From Hormiphora californensis (lineage: Eukaryota > Animalia > Ctenophora), in NCBI GenBank assembly GCA_020137815.1, contig CM035355.1:992001-1056000 (forward strand): DNA of 64,000 bases. Direction: 5' to 3'. Positions 1 through 22,542 of the stretch are shown one piece after another. Position numbers and translations under genes: made by a program. The notes beneath the pieces are model-generated. The model saw only the letters and a program-made list of their open reading frames with translations. It did not search any database and had not been told where the DNA came from. Positions within the stretch are counted from its first letter, which is position 1, and every line of letters starts with the position of its first letter.

Positions 1-561
1 AAATGGATCAATATGTCATATCTTTCTATATCTAAGAGCAGACAATAGAACGAGATGAGAGAAGAAAGAGAGAGCGAGAGAAGAGCGAGAGCCCGAGATA
101 TACTCTATCTATATGATAGCTCTAATATTATCTATACTGAGATGCCTCTATATCTCTCCACTCTCTCTCTTCTATCGCTCTATATAGCTCTATCTCTCTC
201 ATCTCTCTCTCTCGTCTCTCTTCTCGCTCCTATCTCTATATATACTATTCGACAGAGATCAATCTAATCTAACAATTGAAAGCCGATAAAAGATAAAAAA
301 TGAGCATTACAAGCAGTATTGCGAAAATTTGTTTCGACTGATGACAAAATTCATTTTTCTGCCAAGTTGCATGACAGCAAGTACTCCAGACTGGTAAAAA
401 GAATGCATATAATGAGAACAGATTATATGACAACAAATGAATACCAACTTAATAGTGTAGCATATTATGTAGCATATATTACTGTTGGTAAAGACACTGG
501 ACGAGATACTATTGTTGTTCCTTAATTGACACATTCCCCTAACCATATCCCTCTCCCCCAG

Positions 562-10263
<9,702 letters not shown>

Positions 10264-10722
10264 TTCAGTTTGGTGTTTTTCTTTTTTGGGGATTTTTTTA
10301 GGGAAATCAATAATCTTCTTTTCTTATCTGACTGTATAATTTGAGGGTTTATTTGTTTTTTAACCGCCTGTTTTGTTAATTTCCGGAGAATACAACAGAG
10401 TTCGGCCCTTAGAGTTACAAACAAGTCCAGGCTCTGATTGGTACAGCTCCCACTTCCCAGTTTTGCAAATTGCAGAAGTAGGTTGCATGGGGGTACGAAC
10501 TATGACCTAGACTTCTTGTTCTTTATCTTACTAGATTCAGATAGTGAGAAAGAGAGGAGAGAGGATAGAGAGATTCAGTGGGTACTGGGTAGAGGGAGGA
10601 GAATGAGTTAGGATAATAATAATAACTCGGTTTGGCCTGGACCGCGAAATGTTTGTTGAAGCTACCATAATCAAATTCATTCGCTGCATATTCTCATTAG
10701 GTAGGAATAGAGAGAAAAAGCT

Positions 10723-10823
<101 letters not shown>

Positions 10824-11384
10824 CCTTTTTTGGAAAGCGCTCTAAATCCTTTGTTAGAATTATATACGGATCTAGAGTTTCCTGCCCCTCCTTTATCAAG
10901 AACTTACCACGCCCCCGATAAAAGCCTCAAATATTCTTGTTGCCAAGCTCCTAGCTGTTATGACATACCGCCTAGGAAAGAGAGAGAGAGAGAGGGAGAG
11001 AGAGAAAAAGTGAGAGAGTGGGAGAAAGTGTTTGATTTCATTTTGTACATTTACTATCTCTCTGTTTCTCACACAGCAAGCCGATTTGTCTTCCTCGATT
11101 CTGGGCGTGTTTATTACTAAAATCTCATCAATTTGTTGACCCTCATACGTCATCATCCGATACCTCCCCTCTATATAGAAATCAACACGCCCTAGGTTCG
11201 TTGCAGTAATAGAAGTTTCCCGATCCGGACTATTTTAGTTTCACGGATTTCAGCATTCGAATTACTCGTGTTCTCATTGTGGCCCATTAAGACTCTGGCT
11301 AGTCCTGGTTGTGACTCATTAAGACCTATGTTTTAATTTGTATTCGTATCGACAACACTGTCCTAAGTTGATGAGTTCCAATTT

Positions 11385-11490
11385 GTCATTATTACTGCCC
11401 TGTGTGTCATTATTACTGCCCTGTGTGTCATTATTACTGCTCTGTGTGTCATTATTACTGCCCTGTGTGTCATTATTACTGCCCTGTGTG
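11385..11490. repeat. 21-bp tandem repeat (GTCATTATTACTGCCCTGTGT) x5
   Basis: Directly visible. Confidence 0.95.
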
Positions 11491-11586
11491 TCGCTGTCAG
11501 GCGTGGTTCAGGGCAATCTCTGGCCGTGTCATTGTATTCGATCAGAGTTACCTGTGTGTAATAGTTACTGTGTGACGACATTGCAT

Positions 11587-11780
<194 letters not shown>

Positions 11781-11836
11781 ACCCAATCATTATGATAAGT
11801 TTTATAGCTACAGACCGGCCGGCCGACATTTTAACC

Positions 11837-14800
11837 ATGCTGTTTTTCCTTGCTTCCCTTTTCACATTAGGTAAGTTGATCTTTGATCTTGACAATTGAT
11901 GTAATACTAATAATTGATTGATTTACATTCTACTGTCTTTACTTCTTTACTATCATTAATTCCGTATTTAGCCCTCTCTCTCTTCTCCTGATTCAGGTTA
12001 TAGCCAGTTGGAATTCCTTCAGTCTCCTAGTTACACCCTAATATGGCGAAGTCCAACAGTTGACGACAAGAGTGTGTCACTATGGCAACCAGTACTACCA
12101 AATAAGGAGTATTACCTGCTGGGTGATGTCATGGTACAGGGTGGTGACGCACCTTCAACATCAGCACTGGTGTTCAAACCATTGAAGTAAGTAACTCGTG
12201 TCCCTGTACCTATAGAAAAGGGCTGGGAGCAGTGTCTCCCCTCGCAGGGAACCACCTATTATATTCACTACGAGTTCGTGAAATATGTGTGAGCTCGATC
12301 TCAGTGACTGTGTGACTTTGATCTCACCCGTCTAGCTCAACCTTCTCTTCACGCGCTACGCAAATGTAAAAGAGGGTTAGAACTTAGAACATAACAAATC
12401 TAGCCTCCAACAATTCCTTTTTTATAATTTCTCTTCTTGTTAATTCTAAACCCCTTACTTTGCAGTCCAGACGACGTTTCAGAGCCACTGAGAGCAGAGG
12501 CCATTTGGAATAGTGCTGGGGACAAAGATTTAGTGACAGTGTTTAAATTGTATCCCGCGTCTGGTTACCGGTGTATTGGTGCAGTGGCAGTCCGTGGCAC
12601 CCAACCTGACCTATCAAAATACAGGTACCATTAGGGGGGACCCAACCTGACCTATCAAAATACAGGTACAATTAGGGGGCACCCAACCTGACCTATCAAA
12701 ATACAGGTACAATTAGGGGGCAGTTTGGGGCCCTTTTCAAATGAAGGTTACCTTATTGACATTAGATGTGTGCTAACTGCTCCCCCCTCTAGGTGTGTAA
12801 GGAGTGAGTTTCTAAAGAAAGCTGCTACACCAGTGGTTTGGGACGCTAAAGATACCAGCCTCAGATACAGACAATTCTACTTTTTCTCACTGACACCAAA
12901 GAACCAGGGTCTCCCTATGAACCACTTCTATATAAGCTCTGCTGCCAGTGTCTCTGCCAAATTTGTTGTGAATTCGGAGTTCATTCAACCCTTCATTCCC
13001 AAGAGATTTGCTGGAAGTGTATTTGGTTAGTGCAGTCAAAATGATATTGGAGTTGGGGGTGGATTCTTGAGTTTGGGGGTCGATTGTGTGTGTACTTGAT
13101 TTAACATGAAGATATGCAAATCCCATGATGTATTCTGCAGGTATAGGAATGGCACCAGTTCAATCCTCGCTCCGAGTAATCTCAGTGAAATCGTCCGCTC
13201 TATGGCACAACAGGAGGTTCTCTATCTACAACCCTGAACCCAAGGAGTATTACCATGCAGTTGCATCCAGTCTGGACAAGGACTCAACAATTCTAGTCTC
13301 TGGAACGGTTAGTGATTTCCCCCACCCATCAGGGTGAGTTACATTCTCTCAGAAATTATTCAAATTATATGAAACTATTCTCCTCGCTATAATCCCTATA
13401 ACAGTAGCCCTTTATCTAACCATTACCTCAGGTGGGTCGAGATATTGCATATCCAGATCAGTTCTCACCAGTCTTCACTCTGGAGAACTCTGGGGCCAGC
13501 CTGACACTCTGGAAGGTGACCTGCCCAGAAGGATTCAGTAGTCCTGGCCTGTTCGCATCCAATAGCGTGGTAGACCATGATGTCGTCTGTGTGGGGGATC
13601 AGTATCTTACAACGGAGAAAGGATCCTACTGGAAATATCTTAGGTTAGTGATCTTCTCGCTAATTCTCATGTTATTGTTTGTTTCCGGCTTGCTAGGAAA
13701 TTAGAATCACACGCATTCCTTAGCCGCATGATGGAGTATGAATCATGTTATGGATCAAATTATGATTTAGCATTCCTAATATTGAATTGTTGTTTTTGGC
13801 TTTGATCCAACTTCCTGTTAAATGACATACATAATGCCTAACAAAACAATCAACCCCTCACCCAGCTCGGACTCAAACTATGTACAGACATTATGGGAGG
13901 CCAAGGTGTCCCCTCAAGGAAGTGAGGTGCTGGATTTAAAGGCCTTTACCCACACTCCCACAATGGCCATCCCAGCCGGTGATTACCAACCCACTTTCCT
14001 CCGAGGAGATCTCATGAATCAGGTCAGAACATCCTCCCAAAGTCACATCCTCTCTTCCCATCCTCCCAAAGTCACATCTTCCCATCCTCCCTCAACTCAC
14101 ACATCCAGTTCTCTTCACCCTCCCGCAACTCACAGTTCACATACATATCCCCTTCCTTCCCCACCCCTTTCCATGTCCCTAACTCACACCAGTCCCCTCA
14201 CCCCCTCCCCTATTCCCTAATCCAGATGTCTGATGACATGATGGTTACATTGAGCTCATTAAGATTCGGAGTTAGCTCCAGTATAACAAGTAAACGAGAA
14301 CTCCTGGACCAGGACAATGCTGACACTAGCATGTGAGTAGAAAGAGAGCTGTATAGATTGATCAATATCAACATAGATCTCTCCATCATGATGGAAAAGA
14401 GGGGTTTAGCGAGTCAAGATGGGCCCTGCTTGATGTTTAGGTCTGCCCAGCAAGGCCATTATATTCATTTTGATAGTATTAGTTATGTTGACCCCCATCC
14501 TCCTCCAGCAACAACGTGGTTACTAGTTGGTCAGTTCAAGGGATAGAAGAGGATGGACCGATAAAAGTTACCCTCCAATCATCAATCCTGAAATCACTCC
14601 CCTCCTATACCAAAAGTCTAACCGTGGAATCAGCTAGCAAGGTGATTGGAAAACCACCATTGAATTGGAAACTGTTTTATTTCCAATTTGTTAGCTCACT
14701 CAGGGAAATGATGTCAGAGCATTGGCCTGACAGGGGAAATGAAAAATCTCGTTTTCTGTCGCACTGTCTATGAGATGGGATATTCATAATGTCATCTGTC

Positions 14801-15139
14801 TACGCTCAGATCTGGTCGACGGCAAAGTTGTTTATTCACTTCTAACCCCCACCTTCCCAGGCGAACGAACTGAACAACTACTACAGTTTCCAAGCAGACG
14901 CCCAGCCTTCCCTGGGAACTTCTGACGAGAGATGGGGATACCTAGTTACTGAAAAGTGGTTGGAGATACCCTTCTCAGGCACCTTGACACCTAACAGGGC
15001 TGTATCGGGGAGGCTTTATCTTTTAGTTGTCTCACCGCCCCTCCTGGACCCCGAGGATAGGCCGGAGGAGGTTCGGGTCGTTACTGAGAGTACTAAACTG
15101 AGGAAGGAGGGAGAATTGAGTGAGATGCAGTTCCCATGA
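11837..15139 (+). CDS. Secreted protein with two Vps62/DUF946-like domains and a C-terminal beta-rich, possibly aerolysin/ETX-MTX2-like, region; 10 exons
   Basis: Exons start at 11837 (MLFFLASLFTLG|YSQ signal), 11997, 12466, 12793, 13141, 13432, ~13867, 14226, 14509, 14861; stop TGA 15137-15139; phases are compatible. Motifs YTLIW..SLWQP....YYLLGDV, IWNS...VFKLYPASGYRCIGAV...PDLSKYRCV and a second LWKVTCPEGFSSPG..VVCV are typical of Vps62-type repeats. Confidence 0.75.
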
Positions 15140-15188
15140 ACTATTGCAGAGCACTGAGTTGGATCAGAAGTGACACTGACTAACAGAG

Positions 15189-15234
<46 letters not shown>

Positions 15235-15599
15235 TGAGATTGAGAATGAGAGTGAGAGAGTGAGTGAGAGAATTCCAATTTTTGTTTTTGAGAAATGATG
15301 TTGTATTTTTGTTAATCTTAATTATTTTGCCAAAACCATATTCGATGTGTTTACCCTTGCTTCTGCAGTGACAAACAATATTTCCCGCACGAGAAGGGGG
15401 GGGGGGCTTGTTGAGTTCCCCCTTACTCAACAAGGGGGGGCTGAAAACTTCAAAAAAAATCCGACTAACTTTACACATGTTTAACAGGTTAGAATTAGAT
15501 TGTCGATGCGCGTGTTTGTTTTGCGCGTTTATAGCGCGGCTCCTTATTTAAATTTTTAAATTTAATAAAAAAAGGGGGGGGCGGCCAATATCGGCCTTA

Positions 15600-16890
15600 A
15601 AATAAAATATATAATAAATTATACAGTAGAAATCAATGGAATCAATAAATTATTGTGGAATTAGTCCATACGATATAAATATTCATCAGCGTCACTTGCA
15701 GCCGCCTTGCCCCTGCCCCGATATCCCCTAATCGATACAGTTATTGAGCGAACCATCGCAAATGATAAGCGCAGTCTAAGATACCGAATACAGTCCTGGC
15801 GCTCATATCCAGTTTTGGAAGATTTTCGGTGGGCCAACTGTTTCAGTGTGTTCTGAAATTCTCTACCAAGTCCGCCTGATGTTGACATGACAAGCGGAGT
15901 GAACACCGCCTTCTCAACCTGGAGAACTCGTTGCAGATAAGCTTTCTTCTTCTCAGTTTCATGCTTCTCATAGATCTTCTGTATACTCTGGTTGGCATTA
16001 GACTTTACCCTTGGATTAAAAATCCTTACGTCAAAATAGGTACAGTCTAAGCTTGACCAGAGTCCACGGGTTCTGATGTCAAGGCGAGCCCCGTCTGCTG
16101 TGATGGTCCCAGCTGGAAGGGACGTCCCCCGAACGTTGAGAAGGTGAGGTTCGACCTTGGTATCGAGGCCGACAGTGCTAAGCTCTTTCGCAATAAAGTC
16201 TCTCACGTTGTCGTGCCTGTAGTTAACAAATCCTCCAAGCTTGCAGGAGATAGCATGATCGATACTGTTAGCTTCTCCGCATGTACACTGATCTGGTAGA
16301 GGTTCGCCAACAAGGGGGAGATTGTACCTAGCCGAGATAGCGTCGAACCATTCCTGTCGGTTTAGAGTGAAGTTAAGAGATTCTAGTGGGAGACAAGTTA
16401 GCCAGGAGGATGCACCCTTTTCGGCCAGGAGATCGAGGGTCCTCTTCTCTTCTGGTGTCGATTTTGATTTTATTTGATCGATTGCCGTCTGATGTTGATC
16501 GTTTTTCGTTCGACGCACAATGAGTTTGTTCTCTGAGTTTTTGACATCATCTGCAGTAAACGTATCTTCCTGGTTCAGCACAGCTGCAGACAGATTTTCA
16601 GTCATGAGTTTGGAGAAATAGTACTCGCTATCCGATGTAGCGACGGGGTTTTGAATCCCGAGTCCTCCAAATCTCGCTGGAAGAGAGAAAACTGATCGAA
16701 GTCGCTCGTTGATAACAGGTTGTCCAGTCATAGAAGGGATGAGTTGCTGCAGAATTGAATCCTCAATCGGGCCCAACTGATCAGAAATGCCTGGAGTCGT
16801 TCTCATAAGATACGACCACCGTTTAGATACTCCCATGGTGTATGCTGTATAAGCAAGCTGAGGCTCACTGTTTGCCATCTCCGCAAGTGA
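15600..16890 (-). mobile_element. 5'-truncated non-LTR retrotransposon with restriction-like endonuclease (CRE clade); ORF 15661-16878
   Basis: RT thumb motif LPARFGGLGI, EKGASSWLT.LP, zinc knuckle CTCG...HAISC, RHDNVRD, endonuclease RLDI...FDVR...HETEKKKAY, FTPLV.STSGGLG. The RT catalytic core is absent. Confidence 0.85.
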
Positions 16891-16924
16891 TGTTATTTTA
16901 ATTAAATAAAAAGATTTGATTTTC

Positions 16925-17408
16925 CGGCCAGCGTTAAAATCTGGGTGTTTCGTGGCCAGCGTTAAAATCTGGGTGTTTTGGGAGTGCTGACAAACGGTTT
17001 TTTAGGGTTAGGGCTAAAGTAGGGTTGGGGTTAGGCCTTGACATTCCCTACCAGATGAACTTTGAATCAGCCAAAACGGTTGAGTGGTTTGGCGGTTAGA
17101 GCCGTTTTAGTGAATCAACTTTTTTGGCAGCGCGCACCTGTAAACAGGCCTCCAAACACCCAGATCGTAACGGCGCCCGTGTTTCGTGAGTGCTGACAAA
17201 CGGTTTTTTAAGATTAGGGCTAAAGTAGGGTTAGGGTTAGGACTGACGTTTGGGTTGGGGTTATGCCTTGACATTTCCTACCAGATTAAGTTTGAATTAG
17301 CCAAAACGGTTAAGTGGTTACGCGGTTAGAGCCATTTTAGTGAATCAACCTTTTTGGCAGCGCGCACCTGTAAACAGGCCATCAAACACCCAGATCGTAA
17401 CGGCGCCC
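16925..17408. mobile_element. Tandem pair of ~200-230 bp non-autonomous elements with short inverted termini and internal TTAGGG-like motifs; related copy at ~39165-39400
   Basis: CGTTAAAATCTGGGTGTTT vs AAACACCCAGATCGTAACG inverted; ~16982-17180 and ~17188-17408 are direct copies; GGGTTAGGG runs inside. Confidence 0.7.
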
Positions 17409-18197
17409 ATGATTTCCTTTCGGCAAAGTCAAAATCTGTATGCCTTCCGGCTTCCATTGCTAACAATTGATCGATTTTAGTAGTTGAGACGGGTTAGGGT
17501 TGCCCGTTAGGGTCTGGTTAGGGTTTTGTTTGGGGTTATTATTTAGTGCTAACAATTGGCTATCTCTTACCGTTTTGGCGTTATTTGCGGTCAAAGAAGG
17601 CCAAATTAGTCGAAAATGCCAAAAAAATGATTAAATGGCAATTAGTACTAATTAGCCCAATTAATTTGCCTACTAGCACTCTGGAAAATCGCTTTCCAGA
17701 GTGCATGGTTTTAGTCTAGGAGAGGGCAGAGGTCACTTGGGCTTAGAAATATGATTTCTACGGCAGATATTTCATTTTGTAGGGTCAATGGTCACACAGG
17801 AAAATTACCCACTGTGCGGGAGGGAAGGTGAGGGGTGATTGTATGGAGATCAGGGAGAGAGGATTCAGAGGATTCAGAGGATTCAGAGGATTATAAAAAT
17901 CTAGCACTCGATGACCAAGATGCTCAATAAATATTTACTGTCCGAGCTTAACAGGACAAATTATTAGGCATTATTTATTCAATGAGGTCAACCATTTACA
18001 TACTACATGTCTTAACAGTACTCCACGATTAAAGTAAAGCTCAATTTATCCGCAAAATGAGCTGATTAATATGAGTTGAGGGGGGGGCTGGGTTGACGGG
18101 GATATCTATAGGTTCACACATTTTAGTGAGGTACATATCATTAGCTCAGGTGCTCCTTAAAACCAACCATCCAACGAACACCCATTATTCACTCAAC

Positions 18198-18554
18198 ATG
18201 AAGCTGTTAATAATTGTCCTCTGTGCTACTCTCCTGGTGACTGTCCACTGTGCTTGTAACGCGGCCGAGATAAATAACGGCGAGAAATCCCTTACTCTGT
18301 ACTCACAATTCGACTTCCAAGGGAATTCAACGATCCTGACGGAGGACACGCCAGCACTCCAACTTCCACTTGAATTCAACCGCAGGGTCTTGTCTGTTGA
18401 GGCTTGCGGGGCGAGATGGGAGTGCTTCATGGGTGAAGACTATTCAAGGGGATATCCCATTGATATACAGAAAGACGCGAGGGTGAAATGGTTCCCTCCT
18501 AGCTTCAGAAAAATACGCTCATGCAGGGTGTTCACGTCCATGAGGCCCAACTGA
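18198..18554 (+). CDS. Secreted single-domain beta-gamma-crystallin-like protein, intronless (118 aa)
   Basis: Signal peptide MKLLIIVLCATLLVTVHC; Greek-key signatures LYSQFDFQG...NRRVLSV and W.CFMGEDY...IRSCRV. Confidence 0.8.
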   Translation: MKLLIIVLCATLLVTVHCACNAAEINNGEKSLTLYSQFDFQGNSTILTEDTPALQLPLEFNRRVLSVEACGARWECFMGEDYSRGYPIDIQKDARVKWFPPSFRKIRSCRVFTSMRPN

Positions 18555-19403
18555 TGACGATGTTAATTTGTTTTATTATTTCTCCAAAATTGCGTTTTCC
18601 ATTTGCTGTGTATGATAATAAAGAAACCGTCATCAACAATTATCTGTCAGGCCAATGCTCTGACCACAGTTCTCGCGCTTGAGAGAAACGAGAATGGGTC
18701 AGGCCAATGCTCTGACAGACAATTATCGTTTCTCACTTTCTCACACCCTCAGCCTGGATTTTTGCTGGGGCGGGTGTTGGAGTAAACTACCGTTAAGTAA
18801 AATAGGACGAGCCAGAAGACAATGTCTTCAAGACATATTAAGATCCTCCATACCCTGAACTGTGGGGGAAAACAGACTGAACCTCAGGCTATTTACTCCT
18901 GAAACCTGATAATGTTGTCTCATATAATAAGTCAGTGTCTGACAATGATAATCATATTGACCTGCCCGCATAAAACATCGCCCAAAGCGATGTCCAGTGT
19001 CCACGACGTCAAAGACGCAATCCGCTGACATTGGATTCTTTGTTTTGGACGTCGTGGAAAACGCTTTGGGTGGCGCTGCGTGGGCGGCCAATATGACGGA
19101 GCACCACTGTAATTATACATGGTTATGTAGTGCTATGATTTACAGATCTTGTGTGTTTTTTAGGCCAGGATAGATAATGGCAAAATACTGGGCAGTGAAT
19201 AGGATTAACCTACCAAGCCTACAAAAGGCTTTCCTGGTAAACACATTAGATATAATTGAACATACAACTGCAACCGATGGTCAATATAACGAGGCATTCA
19301 TATTGGAGATCTTATTACGGATTAACCTACCGAGGAAGCAAGAATCAACGTTTATACAGCTGCAGGTAAAAAACATCTCAATCTCCCTCTCTCGTCTCTC
19401 TCG

Positions 19404-19435
<32 letters not shown>

Positions 19436-22400
19436 CCTCCCTCCCTCCCTCCCTCTCCCTCCCTCTCTCTCCCTCTCTCTCTCGTCTCGCTCTCTCTCTC
19501 TCCCTCTCTCTTAATTTCACTGTTTTAAACTCTTTAATCTTGTTTCGCTTGTGTGTAACTGGTGCAGTAGAGGTAGCTGCAGTGGTAGGTATACACCATA
19601 ACCTTCTCCACGGCTTGTGCAAGCACTGCTATCTAATCTAATTATATCAAATTTGACGGAAATGTGACACCCTATCGTCAGCGTGACGACGTGATCCGTC
19701 AATGTAACGATGTGATCCGTCAATGTGACGACGTGATTCGTAGGTATCACGTATCACAAGTGCTTGAGGACTGCTTGCGAACTTGAGGGGTCACATCACA
19801 TACATAAAAAGGAGAGAAAGAGAGAGTAAAAAGACAGGGATCACATCACATAGCATATAGCATCAGCGAGAGACAGAGAGAGAGTCAGAGAGACAGAGGC
19901 ACTAAACAGGGAGACAGAGATAGAGAGTGAGACAGAGCGACATAGAGAAAAAAAAATAATAGAAACATATCCCTCGATACGATCGCCCCAGTTTTACTAG
20001 TAACGAATAACTGAAAAGATCGCATACTTTCGATCTACGAGTTGGTCCGCCGACCAGAATTTGAATTTTCAACAATGATTTCCCGGCTCAATTTTGTAAC
20101 GTACAAGAATGTTTTGGCCTGAATGTTTATGCCTCATATTTTGTTGATCCATGATGTTATTGATGATGGAATATGAACGTGATTATAAACTGATTAGTGG
20201 TTAGAAATCACTGATCAGCTAAGAGTAAAGAGGCGTTTGTTAAAACCCGTGTCGAAAGAGGTTATTAGAGGGTCTTCGGTGTACAATGATCAGATCCCGT
20301 GATCTGGGCAGTGACCAGGTTATAGCAAGGATAGTGGATACTACATCTGCACCACCGACAATTGCTAGTATACCACCAAGCAATATAACCTTATTATAAC
20401 CGCAGAAAACCTATCATGTAGTTTGTATTTGCCGCAATAACACGTGTGTACTACTAATTATGCATCACGTGCTGAAACTCCTCCCAGCTATTGGGCATGC
20501 TGCTTTTTCCTGCCACTGTTGTTCATATTGCCTCTTGGCGTGTGTACCTTCTATTAAATACTACATGACACACGCTTTTAGTTACATACAATATCTCGCT
20601 CAGTTTTTCCGTGTACTTGCAATCCAGTGTTGACTCGTAGGTGATATCAATTTATGCATCCTGCATATTGTGGCATGTTTATCAGTCAAGTTAGACACAT
20701 TGATTGAGCCTATTCTACCTGTCTAGTGGGGATATATCGGATGTCGGAAGATACTGCTTTGAAAAAGAAGCTATGGTTTGCCTGTGAGAATTGGTTAGCT
20801 GTACAATGAACACCCAGAATATGCTAACAATAGGAGCTGGTTTTCTTGCTGGTAAGTATTTATACGTGAGATAGGAAACTAGGGTCCAGCCAAAGCATTT
20901 CCCACACCCCTGCACAATGATTTTGGGCCTAACAGACCCAACTGGTGTCGTTAGCCTGCAGTAAAAGAATCGATCAAGACTTCGATGCCATAGCACACAA
21001 GCTAGCAATAAACCCATTTCGATAAGCAGATCAATCTATACAATCTATACAGTGCATACTGAAATCTAGACCCAACCTAATATGACCCCTGCTGTGTGCG
21101 GTCGGATTTTAGACAGGTGTCCTGATTATTATAATATGTGTTTACAGTTTAATAGCTTCAGGCGTTCAAGCGGCTAGTCTCTGGTACTGGGGCCAAACCG
21201 ATCAGGTAATATTAAGTAGACGCATATTAATAGAAAATACAACAGGCAGGTGTGTATGTGTTGCTCTAGCTGTTATTGCGTACCAAACTTTCACCTGGCC
21301 GATCTGACTCGAATTCGAAAATTTGGGAAAATCTCACACTCTTCGGAATCTTGATTACTGAGCAGAATCCAGATTCAAGTTGGCTGTATGACTCACCTCG
21401 TTCTGAGTATGATTTACATACCATGAGTTTTTCTGTCACGTGACCCAGCCCAGTGAAGTATGACACTTAGATAATAGATCGGACTAGACTAACTTTAGTT
21501 GCAGTAAAGTCTCGAGAACCTTGATATTTTTGAACTTTTGAAGATTCGCTGTTCCTCACGTCTGTGCAGTACGTCATGTTTATACAGGAGGAATTAGCCG
21601 TGATATGTGCAGTAATACCCTCATTAAGAAATATTTTTGCCCGGTAAGTTTTTCATTTAGCGAAATATAATTATTATGGTTCATTGTTAAGTGGTGGCCC
21701 TTTCCTTGGTTATGCAGTTCTGATAGGTTTAATGTTCCCTGTAATTTCTTGTCAAAAATAGAATTGCATGAACATGCTTTAAATGCAAACATGTCTGTCT
21801 AAACCCGACAATTCTTCATTTCTTCTCCTTATATTGACTAGCTACACACAGTGAGCGTTTCCACTAAACGTGTCGAACAAGGATGATCATTATCTACCTC
21901 GCATCTTTCCTTGCGATTGGTCTTGCTACGTTTGTCCGCCTGTTATATGGCCGGAATCAGCAGCAGTTTATCAAGGTAAATTAAACGAACCTGGCTTACA
22001 ATTCTAACGCTTTATTTTAATAAAACGGATCCTGACTGTGGAGGCAAGTACGGAGCTGTGGTCTGATATAATAGTGTGAAAGCTAGTACAATTTTTCATC
22101 TTGTTGTATCTTGGTTTAGAAGTGGCGATCTTTTGTTTCTTAGATAATACACTTCCATTAATTTAAAAGATTGAAATTTTAAACATGTGTAGGGTGACAG
22201 GGTCGCTTTCTACCTATCTGATTTACAGGCATCCACATTAATTTTAGAATTGAATGCATTTATAGTACTACGCTCCCTGATAGTTGTTTCCAGATCAATA
22301 ATAACACAAACAAACAACTTCAGTATTAGATTAGTCCAGAGGGAATATATGTTTTTTAAAACTAACTCTTTTTATCTCTCTAAACTTTTTGTAACTCTTT

Positions 22401-22542
22401 GTTGCCTTATATTTTGAACTTTATTAACATATTATATCATTATTTCCTCAGGCTGAAGAACGTGATACATCATTTGGCAGTCAGGGCAGGGAACGATCAA
22501 GGTAACGACTTTTTGCATGTTGAAAAATGAAATTAGAAAGAC

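Noticed and set aside
16990-17530. TTAGGG motifs as a telomere or interstitial fusion site
   Set aside because: Only 1-3 consecutive units, embedded in dispersed repeat copies.
18600-21500. Short ORFs and scattered splice-like signals suggesting a minus-strand gene
   Set aside because: Could not assemble phase-consistent exons or recognise any domain; left unannotated.
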